Below are positions 1 through 11,739 of a DNA stretch of 64,000 bases, in pieces. A program made the position numbers and the translations under genes. This stretch comes from Octopus vulgaris. Taxonomy: Eukaryota. Each line of letters starts with the position of its first letter. Position 1 is the first letter of the stretch. Location: contig OX597818.1 in the NCBI GenBank assembly GCA_951406725.2, positions 146,816,001-146,880,000 on the forward strand, in the 5' to 3' direction. Below the pieces are notes generated by a model, which was not told the DNA's origin, did not search any database, and saw only the letters and a list, made by a program, of their open reading frames with translations.

Positions 1-713
1 TCAGCTGGGCATGCTATATCTATGATCCAGCATAGTTTGTTTTCTTTCTCAATTAAGACTATGTCTGGCTTCCTATTCTCTATCTCATGGTCACACTGAA
101 TCATAAAATCCGATAGCATCTTTGCATTTCCATTTTCGACGATGCGATCAGGTTTGTAGTCGTACAAATGTTTTGCTCTGTTAAGTCCATACTCATTGCA
201 AAGTGTCCAATGGACAAGCCTGGCTATATTGTCGTGGCGTCTCTTATATTCCTTCTGGACTAGTGGCGTACATTGGCTGGTAATATGCCATACGGTTTCA
301 CCGTTTTGTCCACAGATTCTGCACTTATCACTTTCTGCTGTGTTGTCTATTCTGTATTTTATGTAATTTGTTCTTAGTGCTTGCTCTTGGGCAGCACAGA
401 TTAGAGTCCCCGTTTCTGGTTTTAAATCGCTTTTTCTCTGTCTGTCTTATCTTCAACATCCCAACAAATTGACCATGCATTCTTTTTTTACACACCTATT
501 TTCAGTTACATTCGTTTTCTATTTCTTGTATAGTGCTTTATCTTTGCAATCTTCCATCCTACACAGGCCTGACCTTCTTACTTCTAATAATAGCGGTTCT
601 GTAGCATTTTTTACATATCATGCTATGTTTTTTTCTTCTGTTTTAATGCTGTGTTCGCATCCAATAAGTTCTCTTTCCCCTCTTTTTCTTGGTACATAGT
701 CTGTTTGTGTCAC

Positions 714-716
<3 letters not shown>
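1..716 (-). mobile_element. R4/Dong-clade non-LTR retrotransposon fragment (post-RT region, CCHC knuckle, RLE endonuclease); runs off window start
   Basis: Minus-strand translation DLKPETGTLICAAQEQALRTNYIKYRID...KCRICGQNGETVWHITSQC...YKRRHDNIA...ENRKPDIVLIEK...IIDIACP shows the CCHC, RHD and PD..D motifs of RLE LINEs; its truncated 5' end abuts (TTA)n at 717-750. Confidence 0.88.
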
Positions 717-745
<29 letters not shown>

Positions 746-751
<6 letters not shown>

Positions 752-1078
752 GGGTCAATGCCTGGAATCGAGCTCGGAATCATGGGGTTAGTAGCCCGCA
801 CTCTTAACTACTACGCGGGATACTAACCCCAAGATTCCGAGTTCGATTCCAGACAGTGACCCGAATAAGAAAAAGAAGAAGAAGGAGGAGGAGGAGGAGG
901 AGGAGGAGGAGGAGGAGGAGGATAACGTCGGGAAAATACCTTAGGAACGAGAACCCAAGTTCGAAATTACCCCAGGACACCTGATGAAGGTTGGAGAGTA
1001 CATCAGCCGAAACGTTCTGTTAACAACAAACAAGATGAGGACAAATATCCGTCAAATGTAAATAATGTAAATAATGTT
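746..1078 (+). mobile_element. tRNA-derived SINE-like element with inverted 5' duplication, internal (AAG)/(GAG)n and a type I hammerhead motif
   Basis: Arms 746-799 and 815-868 are reverse complements (49/54 by eye) and contain B-box-like GAGTTCGATTCC; an A-box-like segment lies on the minus strand at 800-817; CTGATGA at 981-987, GAAACGTT at 1009-1016; AATGTAAAT tandem tail. Confidence 0.65.
975..1022 (+). ncRNA. Type I hammerhead ribozyme motif (minimal, Penelope/retrozyme type)
   Basis: gacac-CTGATGA-aggttg...cagcc-GAAACGTT; stem II ggttg/cagcc; palindromic stem III AACGTT; stem I degenerate. Confidence 0.6.
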
Positions 1079-1394
1079 AATAGTCAAGCTTTAATTTTTC
1101 ATCTTTTAGTGTGGTGGAAAGGCAGTGCTCATCATATTTAAACAGAGTCTATGAGATGAATGAACGGATATAGGAAGATATAGTAGTGCCAGCATCCTAC
1201 CCCCAAATGCCTTCAGCTGAGTGGACTCTGTTTAAGTTACCCATGGGGCCAGGCAGTGGTGCTAAGCCAGGTGGCGGATTAAATTTATATCCTACGTAGG
1301 CTGGGTCTAATATACAGGTAGGCCATGATGAGGTCTAAATTTAGAATATATGAAAATATACGAAGCAAATATTGCTAAGTATCCAGTCTGACAT

Positions 1395-1510
1395 TCTTAC
1401 AGCTCCATCAATTCCCCGCTATGGATTGGCAGATTATGTTGACTCCAGCGGGATTTGAACTCAGAATGTAAGCAGAACTGTCCAATTACCTTTTTTATCC
1501 AACGATATGC
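1395..1510 (-). mobile_element. Degenerate SINE family A copy
   Basis: gcgggatttgaactcagaatgtaa matches the B-box region of family A copies. Confidence 0.45.
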
Positions 1511-1884
1511 TATATGTACGTACGTGTAAGTATGTGAACTCTGAAAATGTTGTTGCAGTAAAAACGTCTTTATAAGGTCACATATACGCTCGCAAACAGT
1601 GAAAATAGCTTTCATATCAAATTGAATGAATTCAATTAGAGCGAAGAATGAATGAGATAGTTAAAGCATATAATTGATTAAACAGATATATAGAAATTCG
1701 AAATAAATAAGCGACTTGTAGTTGAATCGTCAGACTTAATAATATGACATCTAAATAGGTGTCTAAAATGTTTAATTTTTGACAGAACTACAGAAAGTAA
1801 ATAAATATATTAATGGAAAATTATATTGAAGTAAACAAGACGCAGAGTATATCTAAAGCTTCATGTATGCAAGTGTGCATCTTC

Positions 1885-1888
<4 letters not shown>

Positions 1889-1917
<29 letters not shown>

Positions 1918-1962
1918 TGTATGTATGTATGTATGTATGTATGTATGTATGTATGTATGTAT
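1889..1962. repeat. (ATGT)n microsatellite
   Basis: Direct tandem repeat. Confidence 0.95.
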
Positions 1963-2639
1963 GTGTGGCTGTGTGCGTGTTTATGTATCTATGTTCTGGT
2001 TATATATTTTCAGTTTTCTTAGGTATATGGCATTATCTGTTTTGATATGATATATTTTTTTCCTTATTGTTCCAATGTTGAAGAGATCATTTTGAAAGAT
2101 TTATGGCAAATTAGACAAATAATCTGAAATTTGTTAAAATAGTAATTGTATATGTAAATGTATAAATGTAAATATATAAATATAAAGTTAGAAATAAGAG
2201 GGAAAGTACTCAAAACGGGAGCAGAGTGCAATTATTTATTATATTGCTGAGATTACCTTCTCTTACTAACGAAATACTCAGAGTTTAGCGAAACCTTGTT
2301 GATCGCGCAACTGTTTGTGTGTTTAGTGTAAGAACACAGAGTAATCTCACGGCTATGATACATACACACACACACACACAAACACACACACACGTACATA
2401 CATACATATTTTATATAAACATATACATACATACACACACATATATACATACATGCATATAAACACACACACATGCGCGCACACACGTGTATGTATGTAT
2501 TATGTATGTATGTATGTATGCATGCATGCAAGTATGTATGTATGTATGTATGTATGTATGTATGTATGTATGTATGTATGTATGTATGTATGTATGTATG
2601 TATGTATGTATGTATGAGTCAGGTCACTTTCGAGTGCTA

Positions 2640-3430
2640 CTGGTAACATGTAACCCAGTGCAACCTGTTGCATCTACGTCTGAGTGATAGTCCCGTGGAA
2701 CCCACGTAGTCTTGGTGGCAGCCCGAGCATTTTATGACATAAATTATGTTTTCAGAGGCACAAGTAAAGTTAGATTTGATCTTGAATTTCTGTCCCTCTT
2801 TAAAGAGGAATTCTGATCCTTCTAGCAGGTTAGGGCATGTTGCACAAAATGCTCGGGCTGCCACCAAGACTACGTGGGTTCCACGGGACTATCACTCAGA
2901 CGTAGATGCACACTGCATCGACAACAGATTGCATTCCCAGAATATAGAATGATACCTTTTAGTGAGCACATTGAGAAATGCGCAAAGCAACTACTACCAC
3001 AATTTTTAATCTTTCCATTTTACCAATGTGCTTTCGGATCATCAACACAAATTAGACTAAACAAGGAAACATTCTTCATTGAAAAGTACAAGCCCAGACT
3101 CAACCATCCGAACATACTGATACAGAGAAATTCACACCAAGGGAAAGGAAAACATTTTTAAACGATTATCTCCCTTACACCGGAAGAAATCACTCACTAC
3201 CTTCCCTTATTTAGAACTCTCTTGAACATAAACATAACGAAAACTCTATTCAACATAAACATAACGTCGCAAGAAATTTGAAAAGCTACACGCGAAACCG
3301 GTCTTTCTTTTAAATTATGTCATTATAAGAGAAAATTTTTTTTTAAATTTTCTAATATTCTTCAGACATATTGACGCAAATATATATGTATTTTAACATT
3401 TAAGCCTTCTGTAGTTTTTTCACTCTTTAC
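2640..3430 (+). mobile_element. Penelope-like element 3' fragment (GIY-YIG endonuclease + pLTR) with inverted 5' segment
   Basis: Minus strand 2640-2845 reads TCPNLLEGSEF...CASENIIYVIKCSGCHQDYVGSTGLSLRRR; plus strand 2847-3161 reads KCSGCHQDYVGSTGLSLRRRCTLHRQQI...HIEKC...KETFFIEKYKPRLN; AT-rich pLTR follows and ends in (TA)n. Confidence 0.88.
3271..3309 (+). ncRNA. Variant minimal hammerhead in Penelope pLTR
   Basis: aagaaa-t-TTGAAAA-GC tacac GC-GAAACCGGTC-tttctt; stem I aagaaa/tttctt; palindromic stem III ACCGGT; core deviates from CTGANGA. Confidence 0.5.
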
Positions 3431-3448
3431 TTATATATATATATATAT

Positions 3449-3499
<51 letters not shown>

Positions 3500-3504
<5 letters not shown>

Positions 3505-3682
3505 GCTTGACCGCTAAATCCACAAGTTTTTTTTTATTCTCTCTCTGATTATTTTCTCTGACTCCTTTCTGTTGGCGTAGGCTCGAAACGTAAAAGACTT
3601 TTTCACTTTCCCGAGCTTTAAACAAATACACCTGTTAGTTCATACACCTGTATTCGTCTTTTGTCTTTACGTAAATTTCAAC
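3500..3682 (+). mobile_element. Solo pLTR-like repeat between (TA)n tracts with hammerhead-like core; related pieces at 4570-4672 (+), 6137-6285 (-), 23712-23760 (-), 33830-33960 (+)
   Basis: Shared gcgtaggctcGAAACGTAaaagacttt...gagcgt..aactaatacac..gt..acacctgtcttcgtc segments. Confidence 0.55.
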
Positions 3683-3776
3683 TATATATAATACATACAC
3701 ACATATGTATCTATATATATATATATATATAGATTATATATACATACATACATACATACATACATACATACATACA

Positions 3777-3812
<36 letters not shown>

Positions 3813-4471
3813 TAAATACAGGTGTATATGTGTATGTATGTATGATGTGTGTATTTATGTTGGTACATAATGTATTGATTTGGTGGAAGACCGGAGAAAT
3901 AGACACCAAAACATGAGAACATGTAATTTTTAAATCGATGGAAAAGTTACAAAAGTAACAATAGAGCAGATAGTTTCGTACCAAATTAACTTTATCGGTT
4001 CCAACACTAAACTATAGAGAAAGCGTGAGAACAGTATTGCAATATGACACGTTGATATCGGTGACAATTGTCATCGCTTCAGATACGCTATAAAGTATAA
4101 AGTGACAAACATGGATATAACAATGACATCACAGTCTCCTATTGTAATATCTACATACCATACACACTTGCAACCGTTGTTAAGAGATTTATCGAAAAGA
4201 TAATCGCGAAGGACAGAAAATCTAAACAACACATCGTCTTAACCTAATATACGTATAGTTGGTATGAAAATGAGCAGAAAACAAGTCCTAAGTGGAAACA
4301 TTTTAGAAAGGTAGGGTGAGCTACCATGAGAATACCAACAAATTAGAGATTTGTCGTCAAAGTATTAGAGATAAAAGACTCTGTGCGCGTGTGTGTGTGC
4401 ATACATATACACATATCTATATATGTATATTTATATATATATATACATATACATATATATACACATATTTA

Positions 4472-4520
<49 letters not shown>

Positions 4521-4673
4521 GCATGTACATACTTACATACATACATACATATATATGTATACATACATGCGTAAAAGACTTTCTCACCTTCCCGAGCGTC
4601 AAACTAATACACTTGCTTGTTGTTTATACACCTGTCTTCGTCTTTTGTTTGTTTTTTTTTGTAAATTTCAAAT

Positions 4674-4762
<89 letters not shown>

Positions 4763-4844
4763 TAGTAATGGTAGGATAACAAAAAAAATGAAAGAGTCCT
4801 TGATATTATGTAAATAGAGGAATTTATTTGTAATATAATATGTG

Positions 4845-5488
4845 TCAATTATTCGGTTACCATAATAAAACTCCGAGTTTCGGATGTCGGGGCGGAAACC
4901 TGCACCGGCATCTCTTCAGTTATCGAGGCAATTAAAATATGCTATGAAACACACACATGCGCACCCACACATACGTCAAATAGATGCACATATATATGCA
5001 ACCATGCACGTACACGTATACAAATCTACACATGCCCGCGCCCGCATACACACACTCGTGCACATACCCATACGCACACAGTTATATTGAAATACATACG
5101 CGCACACACACACACACACAGACGTCCACGTAACCATACGCGCACAGTTATATTCAAATGCACGTCTGAAAAACATACATGCTATATACACATATGCTCA
5201 GTTACACTCGCATGTGTATGTATGTACATGCGTGCACACACAACTGCTATGAGCTTTCTTACTCCTTTACTTTTTACTTCCTCCCCTTCTGTTTCTTCCC
5301 TTATTTAACGGTCATTCTAATAATAGCCCTTTTGTCTAAATGACGGTCATTTACACAGTAATTTCCCTTTGTTTAACGGTCATTTTCATAGCATATTTTA
5401 ATTGCCTCGATAACTGAAGAGATGCCGGAGCAGGTTTCCGCCCCGACATCTGAAACTCGGAGTTTTATTATGGCAACCGAATAAATTT
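4845..5488. mobile_element. Pair of inverted ~105-bp hammerhead-containing pLTR-like arms (4845-4949 minus, 5383-5488 plus)
   Basis: Arms are near reverse complements; the plus arm reads ataa-CTGAAGA-gatgccgg...ccgacatc-t-GAAACTCGGAGTT-ttat. Confidence 0.7.
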
Positions 5489-5491
5489 CAC

Positions 5492-5540
<49 letters not shown>

Positions 5541-5541
5541 A

Positions 5542-5640
<99 letters not shown>

Positions 5641-5990
5641 CAATAATTATAAAGATATCGTATATGGAGACTTGTTCATCCTCAAAATTTATTTCCACTT
5701 ATTTTACAGTATTGTACAGCGTAATAAGGAAATAAATTTCAAGGATGAACAAGTCTCCATATACGATATCGCTATTTTTATTGATAATATATACTCAAGG
5801 CAATATTACCAACCATTGATGCATACACTGAATTGCTCATTCGAGAAATTTACAGACCTACAACTAATAGTAGTCATAGACGTTAAATACTGATCAATGT
5901 GGTTAGCTGTAACCTGGAACTTAACTGATATATATGTGTGTGTATGTGTGTGTGTGTGTGTGTGTGTATGAATGTACGTATGTATGAATG

Positions 5991-6021
<31 letters not shown>

Positions 6022-6049
6022 TCTTGAGATTTTACAACTAGCTATTTTA

Positions 6050-6098
<49 letters not shown>

Positions 6099-6136
6099 AA
6101 TAATAATTATATGCATGTATACCTATATATATATAT

Positions 6137-6285
6137 AAAGAGGAAGACAGGTTGTGTAGAAAACAAACAGATGTATTAGTATAACGCTCAGGAATAGAAA
6201 GTCTTTTACGTTTCGAGCCTACGCTCTTTTACAGAAAGGTACACAGAAAAAAACAAGGAGAGAAAAAAATGTGTATAGTGGCTTT
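6137..6285 (-). mobile_element. Solo pLTR-like repeat (family of 3500-3682)
   Basis: Reverse complement ctttctgtaaaagagcgtaggctcgaaacgtaaaagactttctattcctgagcgttatactaatacatctg. Confidence 0.55.
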
Positions 6286-6445
6286 TCATTTTCTTTTTAG
6301 TCCGTTGGTCTATGCCTGCTCTTTCTGAAATTAACCCTTCCTTTTTACCAAGTAAAGGATAACATACTCACACACATATGTATTTGTACCCATATGCATT
6401 GAAGTATATATAAATTTGCGTATGTATGAGTGTATGTGAGTACTA

Positions 6446-6484
<39 letters not shown>

Positions 6485-6679
6485 CAGACTCAATTTTCCA
6501 CTGCCCTCATTTGCAATAGTTTCATTAAGATATGAAATAACCTAAATGTTTTTCGAGGTCAGGCGGTGGGCAGGAAGACGGTAAAGCTTCTTAACCACCT
6601 TCCCATGTTCGACGACTGTTCGTTGTTGTTGTTGTTTGGGAGGGGTATAAATGGCGGCCATGTAATTGGTGATCTTTGT

Positions 6680-6855
6680 GTAGTATTGTCATTTAGCCCC
6701 AGATGAACATACAGGCATATGATGAAAGACATTCAGTGTATAGCAACCCTGCCTTTTTGCAAGTATCTAGAACTATACTACCTAACATGTCCTATCTTTC
6801 TTTTTAACTTAGAAGAGTTTTATTTTAGGGAGATCTGGTTGTTCTTTCTAGAAGT
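6680..6855 (+). repeat. Old unclassified interspersed repeat (family D); other copies about 25555-25750 (+), 36715-36880 (+), 59270-59470 (-), 62600-62790 (-), 63205-63395 (-)
   Basis: Shared gttgtttagcccc...tatgatcaaagacattcc...ggagatttggctgctatttcta-like blocks recognised by eye. Confidence 0.5.
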
Positions 6856-6982
6856 AATACTAAGTTTCAGTTGAGCATTCCTATTGTAAAGTTGCAGCTA
6901 ATCAAGAATTTAAGTCTTGCTAACAAGTATCAGTAACTCAGACTGTTAATCAGGGGCCGGCGAAGCGGGGTAAATTAACCCA

Positions 6983-7014
6983 AGATAGATAGATAGATAG
7001 ATTGATAGATAGAC

Positions 7015-7090
<76 letters not shown>
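6983..7090. repeat. (GATA)n microsatellite
   Basis: Direct tandem repeat. Confidence 0.95.
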
Positions 7091-7091
<1 letters not shown>

Positions 7092-7098
7092 TTACATA

Positions 7099-7483
7099 TC
7101 TCTCTATATATAAACGGCAGTTTGTCTGTGTGCGTTTCTGTGTGTCTGTTTGATTGTACCCTCACCCTGACCACGGCTTTCAACCGATTCTGATGAAACT
7201 TGACACACACATAGCCCAATGTCATAATTCTAAACTAACGCAGCGAAAATTTTGAAAAGTTCCCCCAGTTCTGAAAAAAATCGATAAATTCGACATGGGG
7301 TCGAGAATCAGAAACACAAACCACAGACTGTCTAGGGGGCGCAACTCGACCTTTTTTAACTCTCAAAAAAAATTTACCATCATTTTTTTTCCATTTTTTT
7401 GCTATCTTTTGGCTATAACTCTCTAAAAATGCTTTATAGTTATTTCCTTTACAAACCTGAGCAACGCCGGGCGATACTGCTAG
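7099..7483 (+). mobile_element. Non-autonomous Helitron
   Basis: Starts A|TCTCTCTATATATAAA; subterminal hairpin cctgagcaacgccggg; ends CTAG|T; inserted between A and T without a TSD. Confidence 0.8.
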
Positions 7484-7497
7484 TATAATATATTATA

Positions 7498-8267
7498 CTA
7501 GCAGAAAAAACGCCCACCGGGCGGTTTTCTGTTAACCACTTGATACTATTTTCACATTTAATTCCCAATTCTAATAATTTTAATGATATTTTCTGCGTCG
7601 TGCCTTTGCTGCTAAATTTTCTTTTTCAGTCGCATATTTTGGCATTCTTTCGGTTGAACCCGCAGAAATGCCAAAATGAACAGCTGGTTTTGTTTGTTAA
7701 TTTCCGTAAAAAATGTTTATTTATTTGCTTTTGTTTTAAAGTGAAAAAGAGAAGTGAAGGATGTATGTACGGGTATATGAGATGGATGTGTGTGAGGGAG
7801 AGAAAGAGAGGGACAGAGTGAGTGAAGAGAAGTGTTGTCGAGTATACGCACATACATAATAAACATGCATAAATCTTATTTGCATGTCTGTGTGTGTCTG
7901 AAAGAGGGGGAAAGTGCCATTTAGACATCATTCACTCTGTTTCACACGCACACGCGCACATACATACATACAAAAAATATGTATGCATATGTATATATAT
8001 ATATATATATTTAGGTGTACATGACAACACACCCTTCACCCTCTCTCTCTCTCACACACACACACACAAACACACACATGCATAAATGTATACAAACGTA
8101 CATTCAAGATTATACGTGTGCGTATGTGACTGACTACAGATACATAGAGGTGAACACAGCGCGCAAAAAGTAAATAAATAAGAAATTGTTACGGAAATTA
8201 ACGAAGTGTGTGGGTTCAAACGAAATAATACCCATATATTTTGGGGCAGAGAGATAGCGTGTGTGTG

Positions 8268-8327
<60 letters not shown>

Positions 8328-8708
8328 GATAATATAGCAAACAATGACTGAAATAAACATGAAATGAAAAAAATCGTATAAATAAAGCTCGCTAAAAACT
8401 ATGTTGTACCGAATATTTAAATTTGAGAACTTGAAATATTCAATAATAATAGGAAGATCAGAAAGTAAATTCTCTTGAAAACTTCAATTTATAAAAAATC
8501 TCATTTGCTTAGTAAATATTTCATAGTTGTTTGCAAATAGCGAATGAAAACTTGAAACAAAAATATTGAAATAGAGAGTGAGCGATATCGCAAATGAAAA
8601 CGGAAAATTTCGCCTGCAACGAATTAATATTGTTTAGGTAGTTGCAACGTCAATACCGGAAGTTGACTTTGAAAAACCTTTTTAAAGAAATGAATCATAT
8701 ATATATAA
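7498..8708 (-). mobile_element. Non-autonomous Helitron-like element, tail-to-tail with the previous one; related partial copy about 8815-9130
   Basis: Minus-strand 3' end aaaaccgcccggtgggcgttttttctgCTAG|T (hairpin + CTAG); internal segment 7750-8000 recurs at 8817-9080; 5' boundary approximate. Confidence 0.6.
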
Positions 8709-8963
8709 AACAATATAATTTATTTTTGATTAAAAAAATAAGATGAAGACCCTATTATGTATCAGAGGCCAAATTATTCATGCATCCCTTGTATGGAACC
8801 AATTCGCGCAGAGGAGAAAGTAAAGGATGTATGTACATGTATATGAAATGGACATGTATGAGAAAGAGACAGAGAAAGAGAGAGAGTGTGAGTGAAGGGG
8901 TGTGTTGTCATGTATACGTACATGCATAAATATGAATGCATCTTTTTTTGTATGTATGTGTAC

Positions 8964-8994
<31 letters not shown>

Positions 8995-9190
8995 CGAGAG
9001 TGTGCCATTTAGACATTACTCTCTCTCTCTCTCTCTCTCTCTGCCTCATACACATGCGCGCGCATACATACAAAAAATATGTATGCGCAGCTGTTTTCGC
9101 GTGAAAAGCGAATGCACATACACACACACACACACACAGGTCTATTTTATATAATAGATATATATAAGCATAATATACACTTCCATATAT

Positions 9191-9239
<49 letters not shown>

Positions 9240-9849
9240 AGTATATAAGTGCGTGTAAATGTATGTATATATGCTTGTATGTATGTATATAACATATATA
9301 TATATATATATATATAAATGTATAATATATATGTATGTATAAATCTATACACAGGCACGCATGCATACACACAAATATATATATATACATACACACACAC
9401 ACAAACATACACACCAAACACCTCCCACTGACCACTCTGATTCGTTTCTCTTAGATCAGGTATTCAAACTACCTTCGTCATAAATGTCTTCTACACTTTT
9501 TTATTTATGTAAATACCCCGATCTGCTGGAGTCAAAATAGGGCAACTGTGATGCGAATGACGTCTAGTCAGGAAGGACCTCCTGTCCACAACTCTCTTTT
9601 CTTGAGGCAAAACTCGTGCTGTCAGCTTTGCTTAATGACATGCCAATTTTGGAAAATTTATTTATTCTTTAGACTATCATTCTTCCTTATTTGAAGTTGG
9701 GTCCCAGTTGCAACCAATCGATTTGAAACGGAGGCAATTTCAATAAATCAGGTATTTTTTTTTGTGTGGTATTCAATATATTCCCGTTCGTCTTCATTGC
9801 TCAGATATATGCCACTAGCCATTGTGAATTGTTTTTCATTGCCTTTTCA

Positions 9850-9937
<88 letters not shown>

Positions 9938-10975
9938 CGTATTTGATAGATACATACATAGTTAGATATAGATATATTATACGCAAATATTTATTGATTT
10001 ATACAGACACACACACACACACACACAGACATTTACACGATGGGCTCTCAACTTCTATTCAGGGCTCAAATCTACAGGAGAGGTGACTTGCTCCAGATCT
10101 CGCGCAAGAGATCGAATCTGGCACCTTATGGTTACTAAGCGAATTTTTTAACCACAAAGCGATACCTACACCTGTACGATTACATATTTGTTTATTTTGT
10201 TTTCTATTAATTTTCTTTGCACTTACTTTCGCAGATCTCGCAATCGGAGTTATTTTCTCGTCTTCCTTCTTTTACATCAGTTTCTCGAAATCAAAGGAAA
10301 TTTCAATAAAAAATTACTTCTTTTACACGAAGAATGTAATTTCAGTATTTGGTTATAGTTGACGTAATGTGAGGTGTGGTAACAAAACTCTAGCCTCAAT
10401 TCGGCTTCTTGTTGAGAAGTACACAATTATATTATATTTCAAGGTTACAATTTATACCTGCTTACGTCTGTCTTGCCATTAAACATGTTGGTTATGTAAT
10501 ATTTTAATATCTTTCAAAATAGGAAAATTGACATTTTGAAAAGGTCATTATTTTCCTGTTTGATAACAGAAGAATTCTTAATCTCTTTATGCCTTTATAA
10601 AACTCAGTTTTCCTTTGAATTGAATTCTCGCTACTTCAGGCCTCTTACAGAATAATGTTCAGAGATCTGGGATGGTACCACGTACTTGTTCTTATAAATG
10701 CAAGCTCCACAGAAACATATAAATGTCAGGATTGATGCAGCCATACCGCATGGCCAAGCCAAAGAGTAAACGTTCTGATCCCTCCACTCCGGCAGTAAAT
10801 ATGGGTCTTACTTAGAGGTTTCAGACGCAAAATGAACGTAAGTTTTCTTCTCGACTCCTAGAAAACTGAAAGGGTCTATTGCGACATCAATATCTACCTG
10901 AATACTACACACGCTCGCACGCGCAAGCTTTCGTTTCTTTGTGTATACGCATGTGTGTGTGTGTGTTTGTGTGTT

Positions 10976-11050
<75 letters not shown>

Positions 11051-11219
11051 TGAATTATCTGATTACCTCAGTAAATAATGTGAAATTGCATTCAGATATA
11101 CTAAGCAGGTATGCAATGTGCATGATGTATTTTCTTTTTGCATTATTTACGCTTCGCAGAGAGGAGGGTGTCTGTGCGTGTGTGTGTAAGTGAAAGAAGA
11201 ACACAAGGGAGGTTTAAAG

Positions 11220-11300
11220 TTTACTACAGCTGTTTCGGCAGCATTTTATTGATGCATTCATAGATTACATTATAGCATGAATCCACTATCATCAAGTAAA
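11220..11300 (-). ncRNA. Type I hammerhead ribozyme motif with long stem II
   Basis: Reverse complement tttac-TTGATGA-...-GAAACAGCTGTA-gtaaa; stem I tttac/gtaaa; palindromic stem III ACAGCTGT; GUA cleavage triplet. Confidence 0.65.
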
Positions 11301-11666
11301 ATTTTAAACACGTACAGACAGGAAAGAAAAAAACTAGATGACCTATTCACCAACTAACACCATGCTGGTTGGTAACCCTACACTGTAATTCGATGAATAA
11401 TTTCATAAAAATCAGGAAACTAAAATTTCTTTTGCTTTATTTGTAAAAAACGGTACCGCCGTTGACCCAAATCTAAAACAGTTGTTATTCATTTCACATC
11501 AGTATCGACTTTTCCGTTTGGTAATTGGAGTGCTTCTAACTTAACTTTTCGCTGTTCATTCCTTAAAACTAGCACTTGGTATTCTTGGTCATCAAATACG
11601 TTTACCATCAAAATGCAACGACCAGTTTTCTAACTGTAGTGTTTTCTTAATTTATATATACATCTA

Positions 11667-11737
<71 letters not shown>

Positions 11738-11739
<2 letters not shown>

